A DNA stretch of 52,341 nt, counting the filler, from Dimargaris cristalligena (taxonomy: Eukaryota): NCBI GenBank assembly GCA_003614675.1. It is 3 parts of 3 records of this genome, joined end to end, with 100 filler letters (N's around TTAATTAATTAA, not from the genome) between each part and the next. Parts side by side here need not be neighbours in the genome. Positions count along the whole stretch, not along the records: positions 34,982 to 52,341 come from ML002807.1; 2 more parts are not named here. The stretch is one strand, 5' to 3'. The first letter of the stretch is position 1, and each line of letters starts with the position of its first letter. Below, piece by piece: positions 34,882 to 48,092 of this stretch. The notes under the pieces were generated by a model, which saw nothing but the letters and a program-made list of their open reading frames with translations, made no database searches and had not been told where the DNA came from. The translations under genes and the position numbers were made by a program.

Positions 34882-34981
34882 NNNNNNNNNNNNNNNNNNN
34901 NNNNNNNNNNNNNNNNNNNNNNNNNTTAATTAATTAANNNNNNNNNNNNNNNNNNNNNNNNNNNNNNNNNNNNNNNNNNNN
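34882..34981. other. Artificial contig linker (N-TTAATTAATTAA-N)
   Basis: Six-frame stop linker at 34926-34937 embedded in Ns. Confidence 0.95.
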
Positions 34982-37900
34982 ATCTGCTCGAGTCGCGGAG
35001 CGACCCACCAGGACGCCCATAGGGTGTGGACCATATCGTACTGCCCTGTCCGACCGTGGGCCGCGAGCAATTCGGCCTCGAGAACAGCGTCGGGGTGGGT
35101 CACTTGGTTCGCTTCGAGCCAGCCGGAGATTTGGGCCAGGATAGGTCGGTCGATGGGGTTCCGGATCAGTTTGACGAGCATGGTAAAGGCCGCGGCTCGG
35201 ATCGAGTTCAACTGTTGAATACTCCGCTCGGCCATTTTAAAGGCGGAAGTCGCTTGCCCGGCCCGGTAGCAGGCCTGGATGGCCGTCATGGACAGTACAT
35301 CATCCAATTGTATGTGGTTCTGGTCCAAAGCCAAAGTTAGATGTTGAACCAAGTCGTAGGCCTCCTGGTAGCGCCCGGCACGTAGGGCGCCTGTCAATAG
35401 CGCGGTGTACGTGAAATGGTCGGGGTTGATATCATAGTGCCGCATATCGGCCCGGAGTTTCTGCGCTTGCTCATATTTACCCACGTTGGCACAGACGTGG
35501 ATAAGGGTGTTGAAGACGACCAAATTCGGAGTCAGCGAAGCGTCACTTTTGAGTCGGTCGAATACCCGTAATGCAGCAGCCAGGTCACCCTGGTAACAGT
35601 GGCCGTGAATCATCGTGGCATAGGTATACACATCCGGTTCAAACTCGATATCTTTCAGAAATTCCAGAACGCGGTGGAACGTTTCGAACCGTTTAGTCTG
35701 GGAGAGGTAGCTGAGCATGCTATTGACCACTTTAGGGTTGGTTCCTTTTTCTGGTAATGTCGACGCCAATGGGCCACGGCGGAGGAACTCTTCGAATAGT
35801 CGATCCCACTCGTAAGCTTCTGGGTAACGCCTGCCTACGGCGATGAGTTGTATCATTGAATCATCACTGAACAATAAGCTAGCATTAGGCCGCAGGGCTC
35901 GCTGACACAGCTGTTCGACGGTAATCCGTTCATCCGGAATCTGGCTGAAGGACCACAATAGACTGGCGATATTGGCGGGCTGGGGGTCGTAGATCAGGAT
36001 CTGCCGGTGGCTAGCTAGTAAATGACGGGCCTGTTTCGCGCAGTTGGCTAAGCAGAATGCGGTGATAAATCGCGTGATGACCGTGGACTCGGCCGGCAAT
36101 TTGGCCTCTGACCAGTGCCGGTAAAGTTCTTCCACTAGTTTACCCATGGCCTCCAATTCCGTGGGGGGTGGTTTAGTCATGGCGGCCGACACTGCTGCTG
36201 CAAGCAGTTTTTCCAAGGTAACATTGTCAAAATTTCCTTGGGGCCGCACAAAATTGTCGAACAAATCCATAGCTCCGGGGAAACCCTCCAGAATACCCTG
36301 TGCCTGAATAATGGTATTCCAGACGCTTAGTTCTAGTTGGTTGCTTCCACTTAGCAAATGGTTCAGAAGCTTATTCGCCTCCCTGCGATTTCTCGTCTGG
36401 GCAAAGGCCAAAAGAAACAGGACATTGACCTTAGTGGCCTGGGTGTCGGTTCGATTAAGCGGGGTCCAGAGTTGGAATAATTCACTAACGTGGCTGAACT
36501 GTTGCAGGCGGTGGAGGGTGACGAGGACCACGTAAAACAGCACGCTATCCGCTCCGTTGGAGGTCTGGACTAGAGTTCGTAGGGTGGACATGGCCTCATT
36601 CAATTGTTCCGCTGATGAAATTCGCCTGAGTGAATCGGTGAACGTATGGTATGCCGATGTGGAAGCGAGCGGTAAGCTGGTTTCATCTTCCTCCAGAAGG
36701 TCTCTCGACGGGCGACCGTCAGAAATTTGAGATTCTGTTCCTGTGGACTCCAGTGCCAACGTTGAGGACGGGGCCGCAGTGTCGGTGGAAGTTGCGGGAG
36801 GAGCTGGCTTGGCTTTGTCGGTTGATGTAACACTACTTTCAAGGAGCGGGATGAGGTCAGCAGTCTTGGGGTTAGACTCTAGGATCTGGTACATTTCGCG
36901 ATAGATGTCCATATCCCATTGACCAGCCGGAGGTAGGCAGTCCTGGTGAAACCATTTTAACGAGTCCCAAATCTGATGGTGGATGATAAAAGCAGCAATC
37001 CGGGGAAGCTGGCTAGGTTTCGGTACGCATCTGCGGGCGTTTCGGAGGGCGAGGAGGCTAATGAACGGTTTAACGGCATCCATACGAATGCACTCTTGCA
37101 TTAGGAGAGTATGTATGTACGTGTCGGGGGCAATACCGTCGCCATGATGGCATTTCAGGCAGTATACGTGCGCCTGGACCATTTGCTTCGCATCGTGAAT
37201 TTTAGCCAAGGCCGTCAGTATTTGCGCCCATTGACGGATATCGGGGACAAGGCGTTTTTCGGTCAAGGCGAGGTAGATCCGACGTACTTCAGATTTATGA
37301 TCGGCCTGAGCGGCCGCCAGCATGCGTTCACAGAAATGCCGAATCCTATGCGGCACTTGGCGCTGTTCCATGGTGGCCCACACCTGATGAACCCGGTTTA
37401 GATTGCCCGCCTTCCGGGAGGAGGTCAGGGCTATAGAGTGCGATATTTCATCCAGGGGTCGAGGCCTTTCCGGCGACTTTGTATCGGTCTGGGTGTAAAG
37501 TTCCCAAACCCGGTCATACTGCTCCAGAGTCATGTAGGCCGACATGACTTGGTTAAGGGCTACGGCGTTGGTACCAGACCCATTGGGTACGGTGGCCAGA
37601 CGTTTTACCACTACTTCGACCTGGGCGTAGTCCGGGGCCTCGGCCAGGGCACGAACGAACAGGCCGAGCAGCCCCGCGTCCTGCTGCAAGGCACTGGTAT
37701 TAAATACCTCCCAAAGGACAGGAATGATTCTAAACCGACCGTATTTCTCACACTGGGACAGGACCAGCTCATACGTGCTGCGATTGTTCAGCAGCACCGT
37801 ATGGTTCTTTAGGGCATAGATTAGTCGCGAAGCTATTTTCCATAGAGTCATCTCAAAACAGGCGGGAATTAGGACCTGCCAGTGTAACGGGGTTTTGGCC

Positions 37901-39321
37901 ACATCCCCCCGCTTTAGTTGATTCATTAGTTGAAGGGCCTGGGTTGGTTTGCCGGCGGCCCAGTACACGCGGGCCATAGCCACGCGTACGACGGTGTGGC
38001 GCGGTATCTTAGCGCGGAGCAGATGGTCCAGTATCTTCTCGGCCAAGGCAGTATACTGTCGCCGAGCACAGGCCTCGAGGAACGAAACCAAAAGAGGAAC
38101 GGTGGGCCGAATATGGCACCGGATCAGGTTTCTTATATATTTGGTAGCGGCTTCCAGTTGGCCGGCCGTAATGTAGGCCTGGGCAATTGTGTAGTGGTCG
38201 TCGACCGAGGAAATGCCGTGCCGCTGTACCTTCTCGATCAGCCCGACCATCTGGTCGACTTTCCCGGCGTTGCTATAGGCCTTGAGTAGCTCCAAGTAAG
38301 GGATTATATCGGTTTTGTACCCCCGCCACTGAAGCTGGTCGAGGTAAGCCTGGGCTTCGCTTAACCGTCCTAATCGGGCATGGATCTGGATCATCGTGAC
38401 AATGCTGTATTTGTTGGGGAAGGGTTCGTTCTTGGTGATGCGTTTCATCGCCCATTCGGCCGCATGGCTGTCGAGTTGGTGTAGGCACACGGCCAATAGG
38501 GGTGCTAGCACCGGCAAGCCGGGGTTGACCCCACGTTTTTCCATGGCAGTAATCAACTTCTGCGCCTCCGCAAGCAGCTGAAACTGACACAGAGCCAGCG
38601 TCATCACGCGGTACTCTGTCAGTCCCAGTTGGTACCCGGGCCCAGCTAGGGACAGGGCCCGCTCCTTGCAGTCGGGATCGGGTAAATTTCCCCGGTTGAG
38701 CCAATCGCCCACTAGGATGCGGGCCTGTTCCTGTTTCCGGGGCGAAAGTACGTCGGCTGGGAAAACCCGGACGGGTAGCCATTGGGGCCGATCGATTTGT
38801 TCTTGGTACTTGACCTTGGGATCCACCGCCCGGGCAGGCAATACCAGAAGGTCCACCATCCGTAGTTGGCGGGGCAGCGAGGGTATAAAATAGGCCAGCA
38901 GCCGGATGAAAATGGTGTTGGTCAAGTAGGCGTGATGTCCCTGTTCGCGCAGGGCCGCGTACCGATCCCAAGCGACGGTATCGTTACCGGCGACCATCGA
39001 TACGAGTAATGAAGTGACCGTAGCGTCAATATGAGGGGGGTACGTGACCGGTAGTTCCTCGGGGCCCAGGGACGGACGCACATAATGACTGGCTAGAGCG
39101 GGGGAACGGCTCGGGCGTTTATGCACACCTCGGTTCTGGGGGTGGTGGCATGTCAACAGGGGGGGGATCCGGGGGTGGTCAATTCGGGGCCCAAGGAGCG
39201 CTGGTTTTAGTAGGGGGATCGAGTGGGTGCGCCGGAGTGACCCTTGGCCGAAATTCTGCCGGATATAGGTTGGCAATGGAAGGGGTGCTTCCGCAGTTTG
39301 CATGCGACAGAGTCGATGCAT
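34982..39321 (-). CDS. Large pentatricopeptide-repeat (PPR) protein, probably mitochondrial; 3'-truncated at the linker
   Basis: >1440-aa ORF with canonical PPR motifs (PDVYTYATMIHGHCYQGDLAAALRVFDRLK; PNLVVFNTLIHVCANVGKYEQAQKLRADMR; PDHFTYTALLTGALRAGRYQEAYDLV); basic N-terminus. Confidence 0.9.
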
Positions 39322-39897
39322 TCTTGGGGGACAGTGGCCGAATGGAGGGGGAATGCCAAGTACTTAAGAAATTGATTTGAATATGCGATTAACAAGAGGA
39401 ATCGGAATCTAACAGAGCAAAAGCTGGTCTATTGTGAGTCTTTTGGTTTCGAGATTTAATGGAAAGTGCACATGCCAATCGACTGGAGGAGCTGGTAAAA
39501 ATTGCTCTTCATCCTCAATTAGCGTTAGATATACTAACGAACGGTTTTGCTAATTCACTGATTTGCCCCATATGATTGGTCCACCGTCTTTGGTTGATAT
39601 TGTAGAATATGTGCAGAGTGCCCAAGCATTTCCCTTCCTTATTAAATAAATAGTCCCTAAAAAATACATGGTATCCTGACGAGCGGTGGAACGTACCAAC
39701 TCCAGTCCCAAGTCTTTGGGTATATATACTATTGCATAGATTAGCTAATGCTAGACTACATAATGTCAGAAAAACTCGGCCAGAATAAAATGGGTAAAAA
39801 AAACCTGTTCATTACAGATACTTGAAACTTTACTTTATCATATATATTTAATCCAGGGGAAATTTTCAAGTCAGTCAATCGGTGTGTCTTGCGTGGA

Positions 39898-42800
39898 CTA
39901 AGGAAGCGATGCTTCTTTGGTCACTTGGCTTTCCTGGAATGCCCGTAGATTAAAATGGGGTTTGGTCGGGATGATGATGTCTAGGTTTCGCTGGAAAAAG
40001 TCTAGGAAAGTCGAGTTGGGATTGATTTGCTTGACGATGGCCTTAGTCCCGGAGTGGCCAATCTTTCTGTACCGCTCCTTCAGTTTGCCGTTGAGATATT
40101 TAAGGTCATTATTGTCGGCAATCGGTAATTTGAGCTTGTCGGCGATGAGGTCAAGCAGGCGTAGGGCGGCTTCCCAGTTGGGCTCATGGTCCGACCCCGA
40201 AGCTAGGAGTTGGCCCAGTTTAGACATCTTCGAACGGGACTCGAAATTGATTTGGGACCCGGCGGGGAGCTGATTGCACAACCAAATCACCGCCTCCAGA
40301 ATGTGGGTATGTTCCAACTCCCGGGCGTACAAGGTTAATAGGTCGCAGATCAGATAAAGCTCGTGGCGGTGGAACGGGAAGGCCATGAATTCAGCCCCGG
40401 AGCGAGTTATCACGGGCTCAGGGACCAGGGTAGTAGCAGGTAGGGGATTCTCTTGACTAGTTGAAAAGAACTGTTGGGGTAAAACGGGGGGCTGGTCAGT
40501 CGTCCGCTCGGGCACCGTCTCCGAGGTATATTCCAGTTCCAGTAGTCCGGGAGGTCCGAAAAGGCGGAGAAACGTGTGGAACGCCGGTGTTGACCCCATT
40601 TGGCCCAGCCAGTAGCGGATGATTGTGGTAAGTACCTCACGGGCCCGGGTATAATCACGGCAGCCTTCGAGGTGATAGTAAAAGACGGAGGCGTAGCGGT
40701 GGTAGGACCAAGGGACATTGAGGGGCTTGTACCGGGCCAGTAGGGCCTCTCCCTCGGGCCCGTTCGCAGGGGTAACCATATGACACTGCAATAATAAGTC
40801 GTACTGGGCCACCACTTCCGTATTCAATCGGAGCTCAATGTCCTTCAGCAGATTGCGGGCGGCCGGCAAGTCGCCAGCCATAGCACAACACTTAAGGAGG
40901 GCCGTACGAAGGGCGGGACTTAGCTCGATGGGAGGGTTCTCCATACTCATATCACCCTGGATAATCGAAAGGGCAAACCGGGCCCAGTAGGGGCGGCGAC
41001 TCAAGCAGTTCAGGATCGCTAAATAGACCCGGGCGTTACGGGGCACCGCGAAGATGGATAGACCTCGCCACTGCTGGCGCAGGGCTACCATATCGCCGTT
41101 AATGGCCAACCCATAGAAAAAAATCACCATGGTTTGGTCATCCAGGGGGATGTCCTGGGCTTCAATATCGGCCTTGTATTGGTAGAAGCGGGGGTCGATC
41201 TTGTCGAATGGGATAGGGACCAATTGGGGTAGTTCCAAGTCCCGAACCCGACTGATGGGAATGCAAGAGAGTAGAAGGGGCTGGTAGACCCGGGCAGTGG
41301 CGTAATCTAAACCCGAGGCCACTAGTTTCTCAAACTCGACTGCAGTCCGGGCCGCCCGCTGGGTTTCGTTAAGGACATAATGCTGGGCCACCGCCGAATT
41401 CCACAGCAGTGCCACGAACAGATCCAGGTTGGGTTTCACCTTCTCGCGGACCATTTGGTCGTAGCAGGTGGTTACCGCCGTGTAGGGGAACACCCGCGGG
41501 TGGACCTGGTGACAGAAACTCAGACTGACAGTCAGGTCATGATAGTCGAACACGTCAAAGGTGTAGCCTTCGGCCTGTAGGCTGTCCTGTAGTTGCCGCA
41601 GGGTATCGGGCAGGGTGAGCATATATTGAATATTGAGGGGCTGTTGGGGACCCCGGGCCCGGTTGAAGGCAGTGCTGGCTAAGGAGGCCGGTACTTGATC
41701 GTAGATGCAAGCGGCGTGGTGTAGTTGCAGATGGACCCGCTTGGTGTGGGTCAGCCAGGGGGCACCCTTTCCTTGCGTTGACCCCAGCTGATAGGCCTGA
41801 AGCCCTTGGTTATACACTCGTAGGGCAAGCTGGATCTCCTGATATTCGGCGTGGCATAGGGCGATGGCATAAGCGGGTTCGATAGTAGAAGGGGAACCGA
41901 ACCGAATCTGCCAGTCTTCGTAAACGGCTGTGGCCTGGCGGTAGTTGCCACAGCGGGCTAGGGCAGAGATGTACTCCGCGGTCAACTCCGAAGTCACCGG
42001 AAGGCCCGTGGTGGGCAGGGTCTCCCACAGACTATGGATTCGATCCACGTCGTTGGCAAAGCCGTGGTACCGAATATCGTGCCGCCATAGCCACTCACCT
42101 TCGGTGGGACCGATCTGGTGCCATTTTTTAAGAATCGGGTAGGCCAGTGTGGCGGCCCGGCGGCGGTAGGGCAAATGGGCGAAATGGGTGGATAGTGTAC
42201 AGTTGAGCAGGCCGGCCCATACTAACGGGCTTTCAGTCCACCGAATGATATGGGGGTCTAGCATAGTGTCGCCCACTTGGTTGTTGTTCACCAGGGACCG
42301 ACATGTCTCACTAACCATCTCGAAATCCCGATTATCGGCCATAAAATCCAGGACCGGCAAAAGACCCTGGACGAGGGAATCCGACAGGGCCACTCGGTCG
42401 GCCTCGGTTAGGGCAACGTCGGGGTGGCTGACCCACGAGGCTAAATGGTGGTACATTTGCTTGAGGGTCTTGAGGATCTGTTGGTACTGGCCCTGGTCCT
42501 GGCACGACCGTAGGATCAGCGTATACATCTCGGTCAGGAGAGGTAATGTGGCCGGGTGGTAGCACTCGACCCCAGGGTAGCGGCTGTATTTGGTGAAGAA
42601 AGTCACAAACTCGTTAAGAAGCCCTAAATGAGGGAAATCAGTGTCCTTCGCGAGCGTATGCATGCGCTGAATGGTATCATGGGCCGCAGCTACGACTTGA
42701 TCAACGGTCACGGCATCCGGGATACTGCTGTACGGTTGGCCCAGGGGATGGGCTGCACTACGAAAACGAGGGGGTGGGACTATAGACATGGTCAAGGGAC

Positions 42801-43257
42801 AGGTGCCATAGAGGTGGGTGATTAGATACAAATTAGGTTAATGGATAACTTTGGATTTTTACGCATATTAGGGGGCCGATCTGATAAGGGGAGTTATCGG
42901 ACGATAAAACGACCAGGTCCGGTGTTTTACTAAGGGAAGCTGCGCGCCGGCTCAGTAGCCATGAGGGGGGGGGGGCTCTAGGTAAACCACCCCCAAGACC
43001 AAGAAATGTTATAGGGACCGGCGAAATAAAGCTGACACCGATTTTACCGGAGTGGCATGTATACCTATTGATGTTGGCAACGACTTGGCCGGCTGTCGAA
43101 GCGAGTTCAGTGTAGTTTGGTTAGGCTGCGAGATACCAGACAGTCGTTGGCTAGAAGAGCGAGCGACTGTGTGAATTGCTCGTCCGAATGTCGATCTCGA
43201 CCGGGTGAGTTGTTTGACTTGCACCACTCGGGGGCCCAAGTTTTGCAGTGGCAGCAT
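39898..43257 (-). CDS. PPR-like helical-repeat mitochondrial protein, 2 exons, ~1024 aa
   Basis: Exon 1 43257-43065 (Arg/Ser/Thr-rich presequence without acidic residues), GTATAC...TATAG phase-1 intron, exon 2 42779-39898; degenerate PPR motifs (LTAEYISALARCGNYRQATAVYEDW; LRTALLKCCAMAGDLPAARNLLKDI). Confidence 0.78.
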
Positions 43258-44441
43258 GGTGGCCGTTTTGAGGGTAGGAATAGTGAGAAATAATATATAT
43301 ATATAAAAAACACGCAAACAAGACTATTGGAAGTAGAGGACAGTTCAAAAGGCGGCTGTCCATGAGCTTGCTAAAAGCAATAGCACTGTACAGAAAATAC
43401 GACTGCCTCCACCACTGGACTGGATTGAGGAATTCCGAATGAACGGATCTGAGAAGTAGGCTGGCGGTATGGATGGGTTACTTTAACCAAGCGCACCACT
43501 AGTGGGGCAATGCAGACTATCAACCAATGAGCAGAGCATGTCAATTGGCTGTTTTGTGGACTTGACTTGACCCCCTGGCCTATTATATTATTCGACAGAT
43601 AATACGTATAGCCGTTTAGTAGAATCGGGCTTTATCTTTAGGAATCTGTCTGTCGCGTAATTCATCGGGGATAAGGTGCGGCTTTAGGGTACCTCCTGTC
43701 GCGGAGCCCACCTTCGTTCTAAGATAGTTTTATTTCCAAAACACCGGCAGGGAAATGATGGCAAATAGCCTCTCCCCCAAAGGAGATGCCATGGCGGCCG
43801 AAGGCCGCGTCCACTCCCGGAAGATTAATTCAACGCCGTCCACAGTAATGTGGGTTTGTCAAACCCCGCCAATGGGTTGTTGGGGCCCAGGAGGGGGTTT
43901 GCCAAAAGAACAGGGAGGGCATTAAAGAACTCCGTTACTACATTTTCAACCAATCCATGTTATTCCATCTGTCGGCCTGAGTCCCAACTTCCCTCGGGCG
44001 ACCCGTGGTGGCGTTATCCCTCGCTTCGCCAGCCTTGAGGGTTCCACAGGTGCGCCCCAGCCCCCCCTGTTGTTGTTCCCCATCCTTACCGGTTTACTAT
44101 CATTCCCCTTTTCTTCCCTTGAAACCGGCGCGGCTTGGTGCTTCGGCAGGGGTCGTGGATACAATAGTGGATTGTTGGCCTTTTTATAAATAAACATCAT
44201 CCCGGCCATTTCCCGGAGAGTATAGGGCTGCCTTTTGTTGTTATTTTTCTGCATTTAGCTATTAATTGATTTGCTTTGACCCGAAGCCCGCCTTCGTTAC
44301 TTATCCTAGTATTTAGTATTTGGCATTTTCCGGGTGGTATTGGCGTACTCCTGCATTTCGTATGTTATCGGAGCCCTCGTTAAGAGTTCGTACCTAATTT
44401 AATTTTCTATATAGTTAACGGGACAATAGCCCCTGGTAGCC

Positions 44442-45916
44442 ATGCTTCAAAACCATTACCCCCAACGGTGGGCCATTGGCATCTACCTCGGGATACTGTG
44501 CACCCTGCTCTACCACCCTATTTGGGCGGACAACTGCATAAGCCACCACACCCGTTGCTTTACTTTTGACCTTCAACCGGGCAAAGTCCACCAGGCCCAA
44601 GCCACTTTTCCTTATTGGTGGGGCACTCCAGCTAGCAGCCCTAAGCCTAAACAAAACCCGGCCAAGCTCTCAACACCTCCAGTGTATTGGAACGCCCCCC
44701 CGCCCCTCCCTAAACCGGCTGTACCGACGAAGAGCCGCTACGAACGTATCCCCAAAGAAAAGTTTGAAATGTTTTTCCTTCCAGCTGAGGTGCTCGACAT
44801 TTTCGTGGGTGACTTTGCCAGCCTCGGCGCGAATGATATTATAAAGGTATATTGGCACTATTCAAATGGTTCGAGTCGCGGTAATCTCGGATGCTCTCCA
44901 TTTTTTGCCCGCCATTCTATGGATTTAACCATATCTCTTCAACTGTGCGTCTGGCCAGGTAGCCATGATATTTTATCTAACCACTCGCTTTCGAATATTT
45001 ATTGACTGGGGGTGTGACATTGTTTTTATATCTATTTAACCCAACCGTACGAATGGGACCACACACCGTCTAGGCACGCCATGTCTTTTGGAAGTATGTC
45101 CTCAGCGGAACATTGACCGAAACCGAGTCTCGTGGGGTTATATTGGCCTTGGACATGCTACCCCTACGCCACATGTACCAGGTTGTATACCAATACATGT
45201 TTGCCCGCACGCCCTTTAACCCTAATACCGACGACGCGAGCCTGGCCGGAAAGCCCTATGTACATCGTATTAAACGAAATGTGCCTTTTACATTGCTCCA
45301 ACAGGGGCAGCCGGAATTAGCGGTCGCCGTTTTAAAAAAGGTTCACCAGTGGTCCCTAACGGTAACGGATTCTAGGCCGAATTCCCGTTCGGCATCGCCC
45401 GAACCCGGCGTGTTGCCGTCACTGTGGTCAGTAAAATCATCACTGCTGTCGCCAGACATGTCCTACCGTACCTGGGCGTCGTCAATTTGGACTGTCCTGG
45501 TCCGCAATTGTTTAAATACGGCTGCCGTTCTCAATGACGGCGACGGAATTTACCTGCTCCTTCAACTTCTCCGGTCATTAGGCGAAGAGCACCGTTTCTC
45601 TGGGGAGCCACTCCTAGCCACGTATTTGGCAGCCTTTTGGTTCACGAACGACGAGGCCATGGATGAATTAAGTCGGGCGCTCGAATGTGGCCAAGTGAAC
45701 CCAGACCACACCGACCTGTGCTATCAATTAAAAGCAGGTAGTTTTGGGGGGCTGGTCCCGCGGGCTCGTCAGCAAATATTGGCTAGGGGAGGCCCGGTTT
45801 TAGGTCAAGCCATTTGGTCAACCCGGCCCTTCTCTATTAGCCCCCAAACTTCCAAAGGCAAGGTCTTGGCTGCTTTAGAACGACCCCAACACCCGCAATT
45901 TATTGCATTTAAATGA
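44442..45916 (+). CDS. Putative secreted orphan protein, 2 exons, ~415 aa
   Basis: Exon 1 44442-44846 (AAG|GTATTG), exon 2 45074-45916 (TCTAG|GCA), phase 0; hydrophobic N-terminus WAIGIYLGILCTLLYHPIWA; AATAAA at ~45956. Confidence 0.65.
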
Positions 45917-46261
45917 TGATATTGGTCGTCTTTATATTGTGAAACTCGGTAGCGTAATAAAGTTCCTAATATAACCTTTGACTGGATTCCGGTCGGTGGC
46001 TACTCAAGGCGAACGGCTGAGTAATGCTTCACTTGCCCATTTTCCCCGGTTCCCGTTATTATTGAATGGGTGGGAATCCGATACGAGTGTCTTCACAGAC
46101 TTGACCGGTGGCAAAGTGTATCTATTGATGTACTAAGCCAGCTTTAGGACGGAAACCTCCTCCTTCCGCTTAAGAGACATCAGGGGGCACTTATATGAGT
46201 AGCTTACAGAGGGGCATAAAGAATAGCCCAGGTCTTCTTTTAACCAGTTGATTGGTACAGC

Positions 46262-46405
46262 ATATGGGTGAAATTCGGCCCAGCTGTATAAGGTTTTAGT
46301 AGATACGTATATGGGGAAATAGATGGGAAATTCATTATTAGCCAATTGTATTTGCCTCACCCAACGGATCTTATGTCATACAACTCAGCTGAACCTCACC
46401 CATAT
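46262..46405. mobile_element. ~144-bp MITE-like element, copy 4
   Basis: atatgggtgaaattcggcccagctgtata ... catacaactcagctgaacctcacccatat. Confidence 0.8.
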
Positions 46406-47087
46406 TTTCTCTAGCATACGTTTCTGGACTCAAATAGATACTTCATAATACTTAATTAATTTTGTTGTGGATGGTATAGTTCAGACCGATGATGCGGAAG
46501 AAACTTCACACAGCCCATTTAACCATAACTGCTTTGTAGAACACACACAAACCAGTCTGTATAAAACAGTATAAATGCCTTCGATTACCAACCTTATGAC
46601 GAAACAATTAGTGGGCGGGCCACACGGTTGAGTAGCGGCTGGATGCTAGCCAAAGTCAGCATAGGCCAAGTTGCAACGTCCTCGATTTACAGTTACCGTA
46701 TAATAGGGTTGCCCACTACTAGTATCGAAACCACCCACCATTATCGTATCCATAACTCGTCTCCCGACAAGTCCGAATGTTCCTAAACGGAACGATGTCA
46801 TTTTTGGGGTAGCCATTACATATATATACACTGCATGGTATCTACTTCGTTAAATATTTATAAACAACTAGGTTTGTAATTGTCATGCCGACCAATCTGT
46901 CCTAAGAGGGCTGTGAGACCTTTCCATATGAGTCGCATATATTGGGACTTATTGTAACACGAGGGATCTCCTAGTTTATTTTCTTGCTTTTACCGTTGGG
47001 CTCAGCCCCTGGCACAGGCATGGATCCGAAGACTCCTCCCCAGGTTACAACTCGTTAGCTCGTTAGCTTATATTATCCCTTGTTTAT

Positions 47088-47201
47088 CTAATAAACCCTT
47101 ATCCGTTTATCCATGGTTAGTAAGTGTGCACTTGACACTGCACCTGATTGAGGTCTACCTTCTAGGACTCTTTGCGGATTAAGACTGGTTAACCACTGTA
47201 A
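47088..47201 (+). repeat. Diverged fragment related to the LTR-like segment at 34140-34351
   Basis: Shared aataaa..tagtaagtgtgc and ga.g.cta.c.t.taggactct....ga.taaga.t.gttaac....gtaa blocks. Confidence 0.5.
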
Positions 47202-47913
47202 AATCACTTTGGCTGAGCCTGATATCAATTTCCTATTTCACTAATAGTCGCTTACTTAACGTACTAATTCTCACCACACTCCTTGTATATACCTATTCAC
47301 CTAAATGATGCCCACTAATGTTGAGCAGCGCCTATTTACAGTCCTAATAACTAATGGCTACGGTTTACAGGATTTTATTTATAGCAATCTGGTAGAAATC
47401 ACCAGCAGGTGGGAAAGGATTAGGGTTCCAACAAGCTGGACAAATTAAGTAAATAATCGAGGAGCCAACCGAGAGGAAAGGTATTTAATAGAGTGGTGGG
47501 GATATTGAATGGCGGGATTATAAAAGACTCGTTGCCAATAAAAATAGTTTCAATGTAGCTAATATTGCAGAGTTAAAGCCTTCAGGGGCACCATGAGGCT
47601 GTATACATAGTGACGACTCCAAGGCAATAAAACAATGTGTTCCTGGAGGTCTTAAATGGAAAAGGAAGACCCCAAGATTCATACTTAAAAGAGGGACAGT
47701 ACGGAAATACGGCGTTTTGAAGACGGTGTACATGGAAATGGTGGTATAGGTGGCATATTCGTGTGTATCCATTAAACTCCTACTTGACAACATCCCCATC
47801 TGATGTATTACCAGGTTGAACGTATTTTTTTTTTGAGTTCAAATAGCATCCAACTAACTATATATAAGCAATAGTCTAGGGGATACAGGGGGTTGGAAAC
47901 CACCCAACCGTAT

Positions 47914-48064
47914 AATTGGATAGAGTTCAATATAACTGTATAGGAATTCGAATGGCATATAAATAGAGCAACGGATGAAAAACTTATATAATTTTTAGTC
48001 AGTAGATCCAGTCTCATCAGCCAGAGCTGCCGTCATTCAATTGGACTGGTCTCTTCACCCATAC
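47914..48064. mobile_element. MITE-like element, copy 5 (highly degenerate)
   Basis: gagttcaatataactgtatagg, ttttagtcagtag..ctcatca and terminal cttcacccata are collinear with copy 2. Confidence 0.5.
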
Positions 48065-48092
48065 GTAGTATCCGCTAATATTGACCGAGTCC

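Noticed and set aside
23046..43257. Mitochondrial gene cluster (COX10 plus PPR genes)
   Set aside because: COX10 and the PPR genes lie on different contigs separated by a linker
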